From: an uncultured delta proteobacterium
GTDB taxonomy: Bacteria > Myxococcota > Myxococcia > SLRQ01
Reading direction: 5' to 3'
Length of the DNA stretch: 64,000 nt
Assembly: GCA_963727485.1 (NCBI GenBank)
Contig: CAVSGM010000001.1
Coordinates: 992,001-1,056,000, forward strand
Shown here in pieces: positions 30,133 through 39,606 of the stretch. Under the pieces are notes generated by a model that saw only the letters and a list, made by a program, of their open reading frames with translations, ran no database searches and was not told where the DNA came from. The position numbers were made by a program, and so were the translations under genes. Each line of letters opens with the position of its first letter. The stretch's first letter is position 1.

Positions 30133-31365
30133 ATGACCCTCTCGACCACCCTCATCCTCCTCTTCCTCGCCATCTACGGTTTCGTGGTGGTCACCGCCAT
30201 CCTCTGGATCCGGCGGCGGCGTCCGCGCCTCGACGTCGAGGCCGACGGCTTCACCCCGAAGGTGAGCATCCTCAAGCCCCTCAAGGGGGTCGACGAGGGG
30301 CTGGAGGCGAACCTCGAGTCGTTCTTCCGCCTCGACTACCCGGACTACCAGCTCGTCTTCGCCATCGCCGACGACGACGACCCGGCGGCGGCCCTGGCCC
30401 GGCAGGTCGCCGAGCGCTACCCCGAGCAGGACTGCCTCGTCCTCATCGGTGAGGAGCCCATCGGGCGCAACCCCAAGGTCAACCTCCTGGCGGCGATGCT
30501 CCCGAAGGCGAAGCACGAGCTGTGCCTCATCAGCGACTCCAACGTCCAGGCCGACCCCTGCTACCTCCGGCGGACCGTCGCCGGGATGCGCGATCCGGCG
30601 GTGGGCGTGGTCTCCAACCCGGTCATCGGCCTGGGCGAGGAGACCGCCCCGGCGGCGATGGAGAACATCCACCTCTCGGGCTTCATCGCCTGCGTGAACA
30701 TCGCCGCCAAGGCGGTGGCGGGCATCGACGCGGTGGTGGGCAAGAGCATGCTCATCCGCAAGCAGGCCCTCGCCGACATCGGCGGCCTGCAGTCGGTGCG
30801 CAACGTCCTCGCCGAGGACCAGCTCATCGCCAAGAAGATGCTCGAGGCCGGGTGGAAGGGTCGCCTGGTCGCCGAGCCGGTGCGCAACGTGAACCGCCAG
30901 TGGTCCCTGCGGCGCCTGGTCGAGCGCCACAGCCGCTGGGGGCGCATCCGCATCCGCCTGGTGCCCTGGAGCTACCCCCTGGAGCTGGTGGGCAACCCGG
31001 TGGCCATGGCGGTGGTCTTCGCGCTCCTCGGCGCCGAGCACCCCTTCTGGCTCATCCTCAGCGCCGCCCTGGGCAAGACCGCCCTCGACGGGCTCGCGTC
31101 CTACGGGCTGCGGGGAGAGCTCCCCAAGGGCGCCTACCTCCTGCTCACGCCGGTGAAGGACCTGCTGCTCTTCGGGGTCTGGTTCATCCCCTTCTTCTCC
31201 AGCCGGGTGAACTGGCGCGGCCATGATCTGCGCATCACCAAGGGGACGAGGCTGGTGAGCCCCCAGGCGTACTCCCGGGCCAAGGCGATCCACCGCGCCG
31301 GACGCGGCCACCATCGGCCTCCCGACGACCCGGACCAGCGCACGCCCATCGACGCCGCCGCGTGA
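30133..31365 (+). CDS. GT2/GT21 glycosyltransferase (ceramide glucosyltransferase/HpnI-like)
   Basis: SILKPLKG, NPKVNLL, ISDSNV, GKSM, LAED, RHSRW; terminal TM segments. Confidence 0.85.
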   Translation: MTLSTTLILLFLAIYGFVVVTAILWIRRRRPRLDVEADGFTPKVSILKPLKGVDEGLEANLESFFRLDYPDYQLVFAIADDDDPAAALARQVAERYPEQDCLVLIGEEPIGRNPKVNLLAAMLPKAKHELCLISDSNVQADPCYLRRTVAGMRDPAVGVVSNPVIGLGEETAPAAMENIHLSGFIACVNIAAKAVAGIDAVVGKSMLIRKQALADIGGLQSVRNVLAEDQLIAKKMLEAGWKGRLVAEPVRNVNRQWSLRRLVERHSRWGRIRIRLVPWSYPLELVGNPVAMAVVFALLGAEHPFWLILSAALGKTALDGLASYGLRGELPKGAYLLLTPVKDLLLFGVWFIPFFSSRVNWRGHDLRITKGTRLVSPQAYSRAKAIHRAGRGHHRPPDDPDQRTPIDAAA

Positions 31366-33098
31366 CCGGCCGCGGTCGGGGGCCGCGGGGCCCCGGCGGA
31401 GGTGGCACCCCGGGCGCCGGGACACTCCCTCCGGTGGTATACTCCGCCGCCGTGCGACCCAGTCCGTCAGCGGCCACGCCTCCCGCGCCAGGGGACGTCG
31501 ACGAGGTCGTCCCGGACCCCAGTGACCGACCCCGGGCGCTGGTGGTCGACGACGACACCTCGATCCGTCGCATGCTCATCGACGTGCTCGCCGGGCTCTT
31601 CGAGGTGGAGGGCGCCGCCGATGGCGAGCAGGCCCTCGACCTCCTCGCCGCTCGGCACTTCGACCTCATCGTCTCCGACCAGATGATGCCCGGGATGAGC
31701 GGGACCGACCTGTTGCAGCGGAGCCTCCAGATCCGCCCCGACGCGGTGCGGATGCTCATCACCGCCAGCCGCCAGGTGGAGAACGCGGTGGAGGCCATCA
31801 ACGCCGCCAAGGTCGACCGGTTCTTCATCAAGCCGGTGCGCCTCGCCGAGCTGCGCCAGCAGGCCTTCGAGGCGGTGCACCAGCGCCGGGCCGAGGCCGA
31901 CCTCCGGGCCCGCCTCGCCTCGCTCCGGGAGATCGAGAGCCGCCAGACCGCGGTGGTGCCCCGGATCCTCCTCGTCGACGACGACGAGGGGGCCCTGATG
32001 ATCTTCCAGACCATCCTCGAGGACGCGGGCTACGAGGTGGTCACCGCGGCCACCGGCCAGGGGGCCCTCGACCAGCTCGGTGCCCGGACCTTCAACCTGG
32101 TGGTCATGGACAAGAACCTCCCGGACCTCTCGGGCCTCGAGGTCCTGCGCCTCGGGCGCCAGCTCCACCCCGACCTCGAGTCGGTCCTGGTCACCGCCTA
32201 CCCGTCGACGGACAGCGCCATCCAGGCCATGGAGGCGGGGTTCTACGACTACCTGAAGAAGCCCCTCGACGACATCGAGCTCCTCCCCCGCACGGTGCAC
32301 CGGGCCCTGGAGCGCCAGGCGCTCTCCCGGGAGCGGCAGCGGCTGATGGTCGACCTCCTCGACACCAACGGGGCGCTCACCCGGCTCAACGAGGAGCTCC
32401 GGGAGGCTCACCAGCGCCTGGAGGTGAAGGTCGCCGAGCTCGATCTCCTCCAGGACGCCACGGTCATGGGCCTCACGCGCCTGGCCGAGTACCGGGACAT
32501 GGAGACCGGCGAGCACCTGGAGCGGATGCGCAACTACTCGCGGATCCTCGCCCGGGGCCTGATGGGCGTCGACGGGTTCTCCGTCATCGACGACGCCTTC
32601 GTCGAGGCCATCTACAAGGCCGCGCCCCTCCACGACATCGGCAAGGTGGGCATCCCCGACCGCATCCTCACCAAGCCCGGGCGGCTGACCCCCGACGAGT
32701 GGGTCATCATGCGCACCCACCCGACCATCGGCGGCCAGACCCTCGAGGAGGCGGAGAAGCGCGCCGGCCCCGGGGGGCCCATCGGCCTGCTGCGCATGGG
32801 CAAGCACATCGCCTACTACCACCACGAGCGGTGGGATGGCGGCGGCTACCCCCACGGCCTCGAGGGCGACGAGATCCCCGTCGAGGCGCGGATCGTCACC
32901 GTCGCCGACGCCTACGACGCCATCACCTCGCGGCGCTGCTACAAGGCGTCGATCCCCCACGAGAAGGCCCGGGAGATCCTCCTGGCCGCGGCGGGGCAGC
33001 ACTTCGACGCCCGGGTGGTCGACGCCTTCATCGAGAGCGAGGCCGAGATCCTCGAGGTGAAGGCCCGGTGGGCCGGAGACGAGGTCGACCTGAGCTAG
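31362..33098 (+). CDS. Dual receiver + HD-GYP cyclic-dinucleotide phosphodiesterase (start uncertain)
   Basis: Two REC domains (SDQMMPG, MDKNLPD); ETGEHLERM, LHDIGKVG, HHERWDGGGYP, ADAYDA. Confidence 0.9.
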   Translation: MTGRGRGPRGPGGGGTPGAGTLPPVVYSAAVRPSPSAATPPAPGDVDEVVPDPSDRPRALVVDDDTSIRRMLIDVLAGLFEVEGAADGEQALDLLAARHFDLIVSDQMMPGMSGTDLLQRSLQIRPDAVRMLITASRQVENAVEAINAAKVDRFFIKPVRLAELRQQAFEAVHQRRAEADLRARLASLREIESRQTAVVPRILLVDDDEGALMIFQTILEDAGYEVVTAATGQGALDQLGARTFNLVVMDKNLPDLSGLEVLRLGRQLHPDLESVLVTAYPSTDSAIQAMEAGFYDYLKKPLDDIELLPRTVHRALERQALSRERQRLMVDLLDTNGALTRLNEELREAHQRLEVKVAELDLLQDATVMGLTRLAEYRDMETGEHLERMRNYSRILARGLMGVDGFSVIDDAFVEAIYKAAPLHDIGKVGIPDRILTKPGRLTPDEWVIMRTHPTIGGQTLEEAEKRAGPGGPIGLLRMGKHIAYYHHERWDGGGYPHGLEGDEIPVEARIVTVADAYDAITSRRCYKASIPHEKAREILLAAAGQHFDARVVDAFIESEAEILEVKARWAGDEVDLS

Positions 33099-33108
33099 GG
33101 GGGCCGGC

Positions 33109-33633
33109 TTAGTCGTCGTCGGAGCGGACGAGGGCCGGGCGGATGTGGATTTGGGTGACCTCGTCGCCGCTGGCGTCGGCGACCTGGGCCAGGCGGTCGC
33201 CGGCGCCCCGGAGCCGGCGGCACAGCTCCCGGTTGATGTTCTGGAGGATGAGCACGTAGGCGTGCACGTCCGCCTGGTAGAGCCGGTAGAGGCCCATGCT
33301 GGTCAGCTCGTGGAGGACGGTTCCGGCCTCGGCGCAGACCGTGTAGGGCCTCGGGTGCATCTCGATGAGGGTGGTCTCGCCGAAGAAGTCCCCGGTGCGC
33401 AGGCGCATGATGCGGACGGGGCGGCCGGAGGGGCCCGCCTGGGTGGCGAGGAGCTCGCCGGCCTCGACGATGAACATCGAGGCGCCCCGGTCGCCCTCGG
33501 CGAAGACCGCCTCGCCCCGGCGGTAGTCGCGCCGCTCGAGCATCGCCGCGACCCGGTGGAGGGCGTCGTGGTCGAGGCCGCCGAAGAAGGGCGTCCGGGA
33601 GAGAAACCGCTCGAGCTCCGCGTGGCCGGCCAT
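33109..33633 (-). CDS. Cyclic nucleotide-binding domain protein (no evident HTH)
   Basis: VFAEGDRGASMFIVEAG, GDFFGE..L...PR. Confidence 0.82.
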   Translation of the reverse strand: MAGHAELERFLSRTPFFGGLDHDALHRVAAMLERRDYRRGEAVFAEGDRGASMFIVEAGELLATQAGPSGRPVRIMRLRTGDFFGETTLIEMHPRPYTVCAEAGTVLHELTSMGLYRLYQADVHAYVLILQNINRELCRRLRGAGDRLAQVADASGDEVTQIHIRPALVRSDDD

Positions 33634-33681
33634 CCCCGGGAGTCTAGCGCATCCGCGGGCGCGACCGCGCGGTGCGGCCCC

Positions 33682-34518
33682 TCAGCCGTGGCCCATGAGC
33701 GCCTGCCCCTCGGGGCAGTAGGGGAGGATCGGGCACTCGTCGCACAGGGGCGCCTTGGCCTTGCACAGGGTCCGGCCGTGCCAGATGGTCCGGTGTGAGA
33801 AGCCGACCCACTTCTCCCGCGGCAGGATCGCCTGGAGCACCTTCTCGACCTTCACCGCGTCCTTGAGGGTGTGGAAGCCCCAGCGCCGGGTGAGGCGCAT
33901 CACGTGGGTGTCGACGACCACGCCGGTGGTCAGGCCGAAGGCGGTGCCCATGACCACGTTGGCGGTCTTCCGGGCGGCGCCGGGGATGGTGAGGAAGGTG
34001 TCCATCTCCCGGGGCAGCTCGCCGCCGAGCTCGACGACCCGCCTCGCCGCGCCGATGATGTTCTTCGCCTTGTTCCGGTAGAAGCCCGTGGGCCGGACCA
34101 GGGCCTCGACGTCGGCCTGCGCCGCCTTCGCCAGCGCCGGGGCGTCGGGGTAGCGGGCGAAGAGGGCCGGGGTGACCTTGTTGACCATCTCGTCGGTGCA
34201 CTGGGCCGAGAGGATGGTGGCGATGAGCAGCTGGAAGGGCGTCCGGTGGTCCAGGGCGCAGACCGCGTCGTAGTGATCCTCGAGGAGCTCGAGGATGGCG
34301 GCCACGCGCTTGGGCTCGGGGCGGGGGACGCCGGCGAAGCGCCGGTAGCCGGTGGCGGTGGTGAGGTCGGCGGGGCGCCGGCCGCCGGTCTTCTTGCGGG
34401 CGGGCCTGTTGCTGGCCTTGGCCTTGCGTGCGGTCTTGCCGGCTGCGGCCTTCCCGGTGGTCTTCTTGGAAGGCGCCTTCGGCTTCGACGTCGCGGGCTT
34501 CTTGCGGGCGGCGGGCAT
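33682..34518 (-). CDS. nth: Endonuclease III
   Basis: LLIATILSAQCTD, PGAARKTANVV, VDTHV, C-X6-C-X2-C-X5-C cluster. Confidence 0.93.
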   Translation of the reverse strand: MPAARKKPATSKPKAPSKKTTGKAAAGKTARKAKASNRPARKKTGGRRPADLTTATGYRRFAGVPRPEPKRVAAILELLEDHYDAVCALDHRTPFQLLIATILSAQCTDEMVNKVTPALFARYPDAPALAKAAQADVEALVRPTGFYRNKAKNIIGAARRVVELGGELPREMDTFLTIPGAARKTANVVMGTAFGLTTGVVVDTHVMRLTRRWGFHTLKDAVKVEKVLQAILPREKWVGFSHRTIWHGRTLCKAKAPLCDECPILPYCPEGQALMGHG

Positions 34519-34610
34519 GGGCCGAGAGCATGGGGTGGCCCGGCGAGGGAGTCAACGCGGGAAACCGGGTGCCACACGCTGGCCCGCCCCCGCCACGGCG
34601 GAGGCCCGCT

Positions 34611-35357
34611 TCACCCTGGTACCAGAAGCCCGTGTCGCCGCCAGCCGATGGAGAGCAGCCAGGTGTGTGGCCGGGCCACGGGGGCCTGGAGCGGCCCGGC
34701 TCGGCCCTCCGCCGGTGCGCCGGAGAGTGGGAGCCGCCAGCCGTCGAAGCTCCGCGCGGACGAGTAGGGATCGAGAGCCGCCCCGCGCCGGTGCCGTCCC
34801 CTGGTCGGCGGCGCGAGGTCGGCCGGGCCGGGCGTCCACTGCGAGGCGTGGTGACGATGGTTTCCGAGCACGTAGGCGAGGACGCCCCGCACCTCGCGCG
34901 GCGTGCGGAGGATCCGCGCGTGGTAGCGGTCGGCGAGGACCGGGCCGCGCGTGCCCATGAGCCCGTTGAGCCCCCGGGCGATGCGCACGCCCAGCCCCTT
35001 CATGGCGCGGCCGAGGGACGCTGCGTCACGCGCCTCCGCCACGAGGTGCAGGTGGTTGCCCTGCACCGAGTAGTGGCAGAGCCGCACCCCGTGGCGCTCC
35101 CTGGCGGCGAGGAACGCGGCGCGGAGGACCCGGAAGCAGCGCCGCGAGCGGCGCTGGTAGACGCGCGGCCGGACCCGGAGGGTGACGTGGACCGGGTACC
35201 GGGCAGCGAGGCGGGGACGGGGAGCGTGGGAGATGCCGGGCCTGGTACCGGTGGGCTTGCGCCCGGCGCCGGTGCGACGCCCTCCCCAGGTGGGGAGGTG
35301 GAGATCGAGCTGGCGGGGTCGGCGGAAGCGATGAGCGCGGCGTTGGGACACGAGCAT
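34611..35357 (-). mobile_element. RAYT-like/Y1 HUH tyrosine transposase
   Basis: PVHVTLR, YSVQGNHLHLVAE (HUH), DRYHARIL, LAYVLGN (catalytic Tyr), DPYSS. Confidence 0.78.
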
Positions 35358-35388
35358 CTCCGAGTGGGAGGATCTCGATTCGGCGGAC

Positions 35389-35410
35389 ATTCTACCGGGG
35401 GGGTCTGACA
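35389..35410 (-). promoter_or_regulatory. TGTCRG-N10-TANNNT promoter motif (PafBC/RecA-NDp-like)
   Basis: Minus strand reads TGTCAG-ACCCCCCCGG-TAGAAT, about 30 nt upstream of the transposase ATG. Confidence 0.55.
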
Positions 35411-35500
35411 GTCGGAGGTGAGCGCGCCATTTGGCGACCAGCGCGGATGCCAGATGGCCTTCTCCACGGGTGCCGCCCGGCACGGACCGACATGCCCCGG

Positions 35501-35821
35501 CTATCCGAAGAGCGCGTCGAACCCGGCCAGCGCCGGGACCAGGGCGGCCACGGCGGGGTCGGTGTCACCCTCGCGGGCGGCGACGACCGCCACCGAGCTG
35601 CTGGCCGGGAACGGTCCCCCCGCCTCCACCAGCGCTTCGACGTTCGGCACGAAGACGAAGCGGAGCCACTGGGCGAAGCTCATGGTCCGCTGGCCGAACG
35701 GGCCCATGTCGGCGAAGGCCTCGTCATCGGGGCGGGGAAGGTCCCACAGGCCTGCGGCCTCCATCGCCGTGATCACGGCGTGAAGGTGGGTCCGGACGGC
35801 GTCCGACTCGGGCTGGTGCAC
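35501..35821 (-). CDS. YqcC (DUF446) family protein
   Basis: MEAAGLW...P..EAF...PF...TMSFAQWLRFVFVP. Confidence 0.8.
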   Translation of the reverse strand: MHQPESDAVRTHLHAVITAMEAAGLWDLPRPDDEAFADMGPFGQRTMSFAQWLRFVFVPNVEALVEAGGPFPASSSVAVVAAREGDTDPAVAALVPALAGFDALFG

Positions 35822-36043
35822 CAGGTCTCCTCGCTCGACCCGGGACGGCCGGCGCCGCCCGCCGCGGCGGCGCATCAGGTGATTTCCCCCCCGTGGACGC
35901 AGACCGTCCCAATTGGGCAGGATGCCGGGGCTGCCGCCGGCGCGCAACACTCCGGCGGCGCACCCGAACGCCTCGCCTCACCCACCACACCGATGTCTCG
36001 CGCCGCCGCCCCTGGGTCCCGCCCGGGCCACCCGCCCCACGCC

Positions 36044-36922
36044 ATGCCACCGGTCCATGCCGTCGTCGCGGCCAGCACCCTGGCCCCGGCGGCCAGCGGT
36101 CCCCTGGTCTGGGCCGGCGCCGGACTCGGGCTCCTTGCCGTCGTCGGCCTCCTGGTGCTCCTCCACCGCCGGCCCTGGCGTGGGCCCCGGACCCGCTACC
36201 CGGTGGTCCTGGCCCACGGCGTCATGGGCGTGGGCACCCTGGGCCTCGGCGGGACCCGGCGCGACTACTACTTCCGGGGCGTCGCCGACCACCTGCGCGC
36301 CCTGGGCCTCGAGGTCCACTGCCCCAGCGTCCCGCCCCTGAAGTCGGTGGCGGAGCGGGCGCAGGCGCTGGCCGACTACGTCGAGGCGCTCCCGGCCCGG
36401 AAGGTGAACCTGGTGGCCCACTCCATGGGCGGCCTCGACGCCCGCTACGCCATCGCCCACCTGGGCCTCGCCCGCCGGGTCGCCTCTCTGACCACCATCG
36501 GGACGCCCCACCGCGGGACGCCGGTGGCGGACCTGGGCCTGGAGACGGTGGCGGCGCCCCTTCACCTCGACCGGCTCCTCGGCGGCCTGGGGGTCACGGC
36601 GTTCTTCGACCTGACCACGCGGCGCATGACCCGGTTCAACGCCGAGACCCGGGACGCGCGCCGGGTGCGCTACGCCAGCGTGGTCTCGGTCGCGCGCCCG
36701 GAGCAGGGCCCGGTGCGCGCCCTCCTCCGGCCGACCCACGCCTTCCTCCACCGTCGCGCCGGCGACAACGACGGCATGGTCCCCGCGGACTCCCAGGCCT
36801 GGGGCAAGGTGCTGTGGCGGATCGACGCCGACCACTTCGCCCAGGTGGGCTGGTCCGAGGGCTTCGACGCGCCGGCCCTCTACGAGCGGCTGGCGCGCCG
36901 GCTGCGCAGCTGGGGCTGCTAG
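36044..36922 (+). CDS. Lipase/esterase (alpha/beta hydrolase) with N-terminal TM
   Basis: YPVVLAHG, AHSMGGLDARY, TPHRGT, NDGMV, DHFAQVGW. Confidence 0.88.
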   Translation: MPPVHAVVAASTLAPAASGPLVWAGAGLGLLAVVGLLVLLHRRPWRGPRTRYPVVLAHGVMGVGTLGLGGTRRDYYFRGVADHLRALGLEVHCPSVPPLKSVAERAQALADYVEALPARKVNLVAHSMGGLDARYAIAHLGLARRVASLTTIGTPHRGTPVADLGLETVAAPLHLDRLLGGLGVTAFFDLTTRRMTRFNAETRDARRVRYASVVSVARPEQGPVRALLRPTHAFLHRRAGDNDGMVPADSQAWGKVLWRIDADHFAQVGWSEGFDAPALYERLARRLRSWGC

Positions 36923-36925
36923 TGC

Positions 36926-38317
36926 CTAGGCCGCCGGCGCGTCGCCCGCCTGCTTCGCCCCCTCCTCGCGCCACCACTTCTGGCCGTCCTCGGGGAGGGT
37001 GTCGATGGGGTCGTAGTAGGGGTACTGGCGGGTGAGGGCGTCGGGGTCGTTCTTCTCGATGGACGTCAGGTAGTTCTTGGTCCAGTAGGAGATGCCCTTG
37101 ACCCGGTCGTAGTCGGCGAGCTGGTGGACCCAGCGCTTGCCCACGAAGGGCACGTCACAGACGATGCGCGGCGTGGCGAAGCCCGGGAGGTAGCCCATGA
37201 TGTCGTGCTGGAGCTGCTGGGCCTCGGCGACGCTGACCCGCCAGTGCTCCGAGCTCGGGATCATGTCGCACATGTAGAAGTAGTACGGCATCACGTGGGC
37301 GTGATCGAGCAGCGTGAAGCACAGGTCCAACAGGTCCTTGGAGGTGGCGTTCACGCCCCGGAGCAGCACGCCCTGGTTGCGCACGTCGCGCATCCCCATG
37401 TCGAGGAGCTTCTCCACGGCCTTCGCCACCAGCGGGGTGAGCTGGCGGGCGTGGTTCACGTGGGTGTGGACCGCGAGGTCGACGCCCTGCTGCCGCGCCT
37501 TCTTCGCCAGGCGGTCGAGGCCGGCGAGGACGTCGTCCTGGAGGAAGTGCTGGGGGATGGCCATCAGCCCCTTGGAGGCCAGGCGGATGTCCCGGATGTT
37601 GGGGATGTCCATCAGCGCCGAGACGAAGGCCTCGAGGCGACCGATGGGCAGGTTGGCGATGTCGCCGCCGGAGACCACCACGTCACGGACCTGCGGCGTC
37701 TCCCGGAGGTAGGCGAGGATCTGCTCGTAGCGGTCGGGCTGCTTCACCTCGAAGCGCTTCTTCTTCACCTGGTCCACGTCGTTGCCCACCAGGTCCATGC
37801 GGGTGCAGTGGCCGCAGTACTGGGGGCAGGTGGAGAGCAGCTCGGCGAGGACCTTGGTGGGGTAGCGGTGGGTGAGCCCCTCGACGGCCCACATGTCCGC
37901 CTCGTGGAGGCTGTCACGGCTGGCCATGGGGTGGCTCGGCCAGTCGGCGCGGCGGTCGGAGAGGGCGGGGATCATGTAGCGACGGACCGGGTCGTGCCAC
38001 AGGTCGTCGAGATCCATGGTGTTGATCATCTGGGGCGGGATCAGCATCGACATCGTCGCCCGCTGGTGCTGGTCGCGCTCGATGTCCGCGGCCAGGTCCT
38101 CGGGGAGCCTGTCGCCGAGGGCGGCCTTGAGGTCCTTGAGGTTCTTGAGGGTGTTCCGGCGCTGCCACAGGGCGCTCTCCCACTCCTCCCGGGTGACGTC
38201 CTTCCAGGCGGGGACGCGGCGCCAGTCCGGCTCCTCGAAGGGCCGGGCCAGGGGGTACCGGAAGGGCTGGGCCGCCTTGGGGGCGGACTCGGTGGGGACG
38301 GACATGGGTGCGGTCAT
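36926..38317 (-). CDS. KamA family radical SAM protein (lysine 2,3-aminomutase-like)
   Basis: GLTHRYPTKVL, CPQYCGHCTR, DVVVSGGD, NQGVLLRGVN, PYYFY, GK. Confidence 0.88.
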   Translation of the reverse strand: MTAPMSVPTESAPKAAQPFRYPLARPFEEPDWRRVPAWKDVTREEWESALWQRRNTLKNLKDLKAALGDRLPEDLAADIERDQHQRATMSMLIPPQMINTMDLDDLWHDPVRRYMIPALSDRRADWPSHPMASRDSLHEADMWAVEGLTHRYPTKVLAELLSTCPQYCGHCTRMDLVGNDVDQVKKKRFEVKQPDRYEQILAYLRETPQVRDVVVSGGDIANLPIGRLEAFVSALMDIPNIRDIRLASKGLMAIPQHFLQDDVLAGLDRLAKKARQQGVDLAVHTHVNHARQLTPLVAKAVEKLLDMGMRDVRNQGVLLRGVNATSKDLLDLCFTLLDHAHVMPYYFYMCDMIPSSEHWRVSVAEAQQLQHDIMGYLPGFATPRIVCDVPFVGKRWVHQLADYDRVKGISYWTKNYLTSIEKNDPDALTRQYPYYDPIDTLPEDGQKWWREEGAKQAGDAPAA

Positions 38318-38587
38318 GGATTGGGACCTCTCGGGTCGGACGAGGGGCACGCGCCCTGGCGCGCCGTCCTCGGGGTAAGACGAAGGTGACCTCGCGGCGG
38401 CGCGGGCGAACCGCGGCAGGCGAGATTCAGTGACGACGGGGCGCACGTGACGGAGGGTCACGCGGATCCGGACGGCGCTGGTGCATCAGCACGTACGTCA
38501 CGGCGCCCACCATAGGCGTCGGTGGGGTAACCGGTCAAGGTTCGCTGGGATTCCGCGGGGATGCGTCGCCCGGCCCCCGGCGGGCCC

Positions 38588-39500
38588 TCACGGCTGGTGG
38601 AGGTGCACCGGCTTGAGGTGGCCCACGCCGTCCCAGGTCCAGGCCTCGGGGAGCAGGCGCCCGAGCAGCTCGTAGAGGGCGTGGACCCCCAGGAGGAACG
38701 GCACCGCGAAGACCAGGTCGAGGACGTAGTGGAAGCGCATCAGCAGCGTCGCGGAGATGATGCCCACGGCGAAGGGGAGCATCACCCAGAAGAAGCGCCG
38801 GTCGTGACGGAAGGCGTACCAGAGGATGAGCAGCGAGAGGGCGGTGTGCCCCGAGGGGAAGCAGTCGCGGATCATCGGCGAGCGCAGGAGCGCCTCGTAG
38901 AGGGCGGTGCCCAGAAGCCACCCCTGGGGCGGGCCGGCGAAGTGGCTCGCCAGGGTGAAGCGCGGGCCGATGACCGGGACCAGCACGTAGAACAGGAAGT
39001 TCAGCCAGATCGCCAGCACCACCAGGGTGGTGAACCGGCTGAAGCTGCTCGTGCTCGCCGCGGACGTAGAGGCGGACCGCCATCGCCACCGGCCACGCGT
39101 AGTAGGAGACGTAGGCGATCATCAGCAGGTCGACGAGGGGCGGGGGGAGGTCGCCGGCGAAGTACACCGCCGGGTAGCCCCCGAAGAGCAGGTGGTCGGC
39201 GCGGAGGATGAAGGGGTCCATGAGCGTCGGGCTCACCCGGTCGATGAGGGGGTTGAGGGTCGAGTAGAGGGCGAAGACCACCGGGAGGGGCCAGAAGGCG
39301 GCGACGGCGTCGGTCACCCGCGAGGGGTACCGGGCCCGGAGGACCAGGGCGGTGACGCCGGCGAACAGGCAGGTCGCCCAGACGGTCAGCGCCGTGGTCC
39401 AGGCGGGCGTCCTCGTGGCGAGCCCGAGGCCGAGGACCAGGAGCACCAGGGGGCCGGCGAGGCCCACCGCGTCGGCCTGTCGGATCCGGACTGCCTGCAT
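38588..39500 (-). CDS. PAP2 family membrane phosphatase/phosphotransferase (frameshift near 39045)
   Basis: PVIGPRF, CFPSGHT, RFHYVLDL; multiple TM segments. Confidence 0.82.
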
Positions 39501-39537
39501 CGACGCCTCCTCCCTACGGTTAACCACCCAGGGCGTC

Positions 39538-39555
39538 GTGACAAGATCCTGACAC
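39538..39555 (-). promoter_or_regulatory. Pho-box-like 11-bp-period direct repeat
   Basis: Minus strand GTGTCAGGATCTTGTCAC (TGTCA-N6-TGTCA) upstream of the PAP2 gene. Confidence 0.4.
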
Positions 39556-39606
39556 GCCCCTGGGGCAGGGGCCGCCGGGCCACAGGGGGCCCACCGGGCG
39601 GGGACG

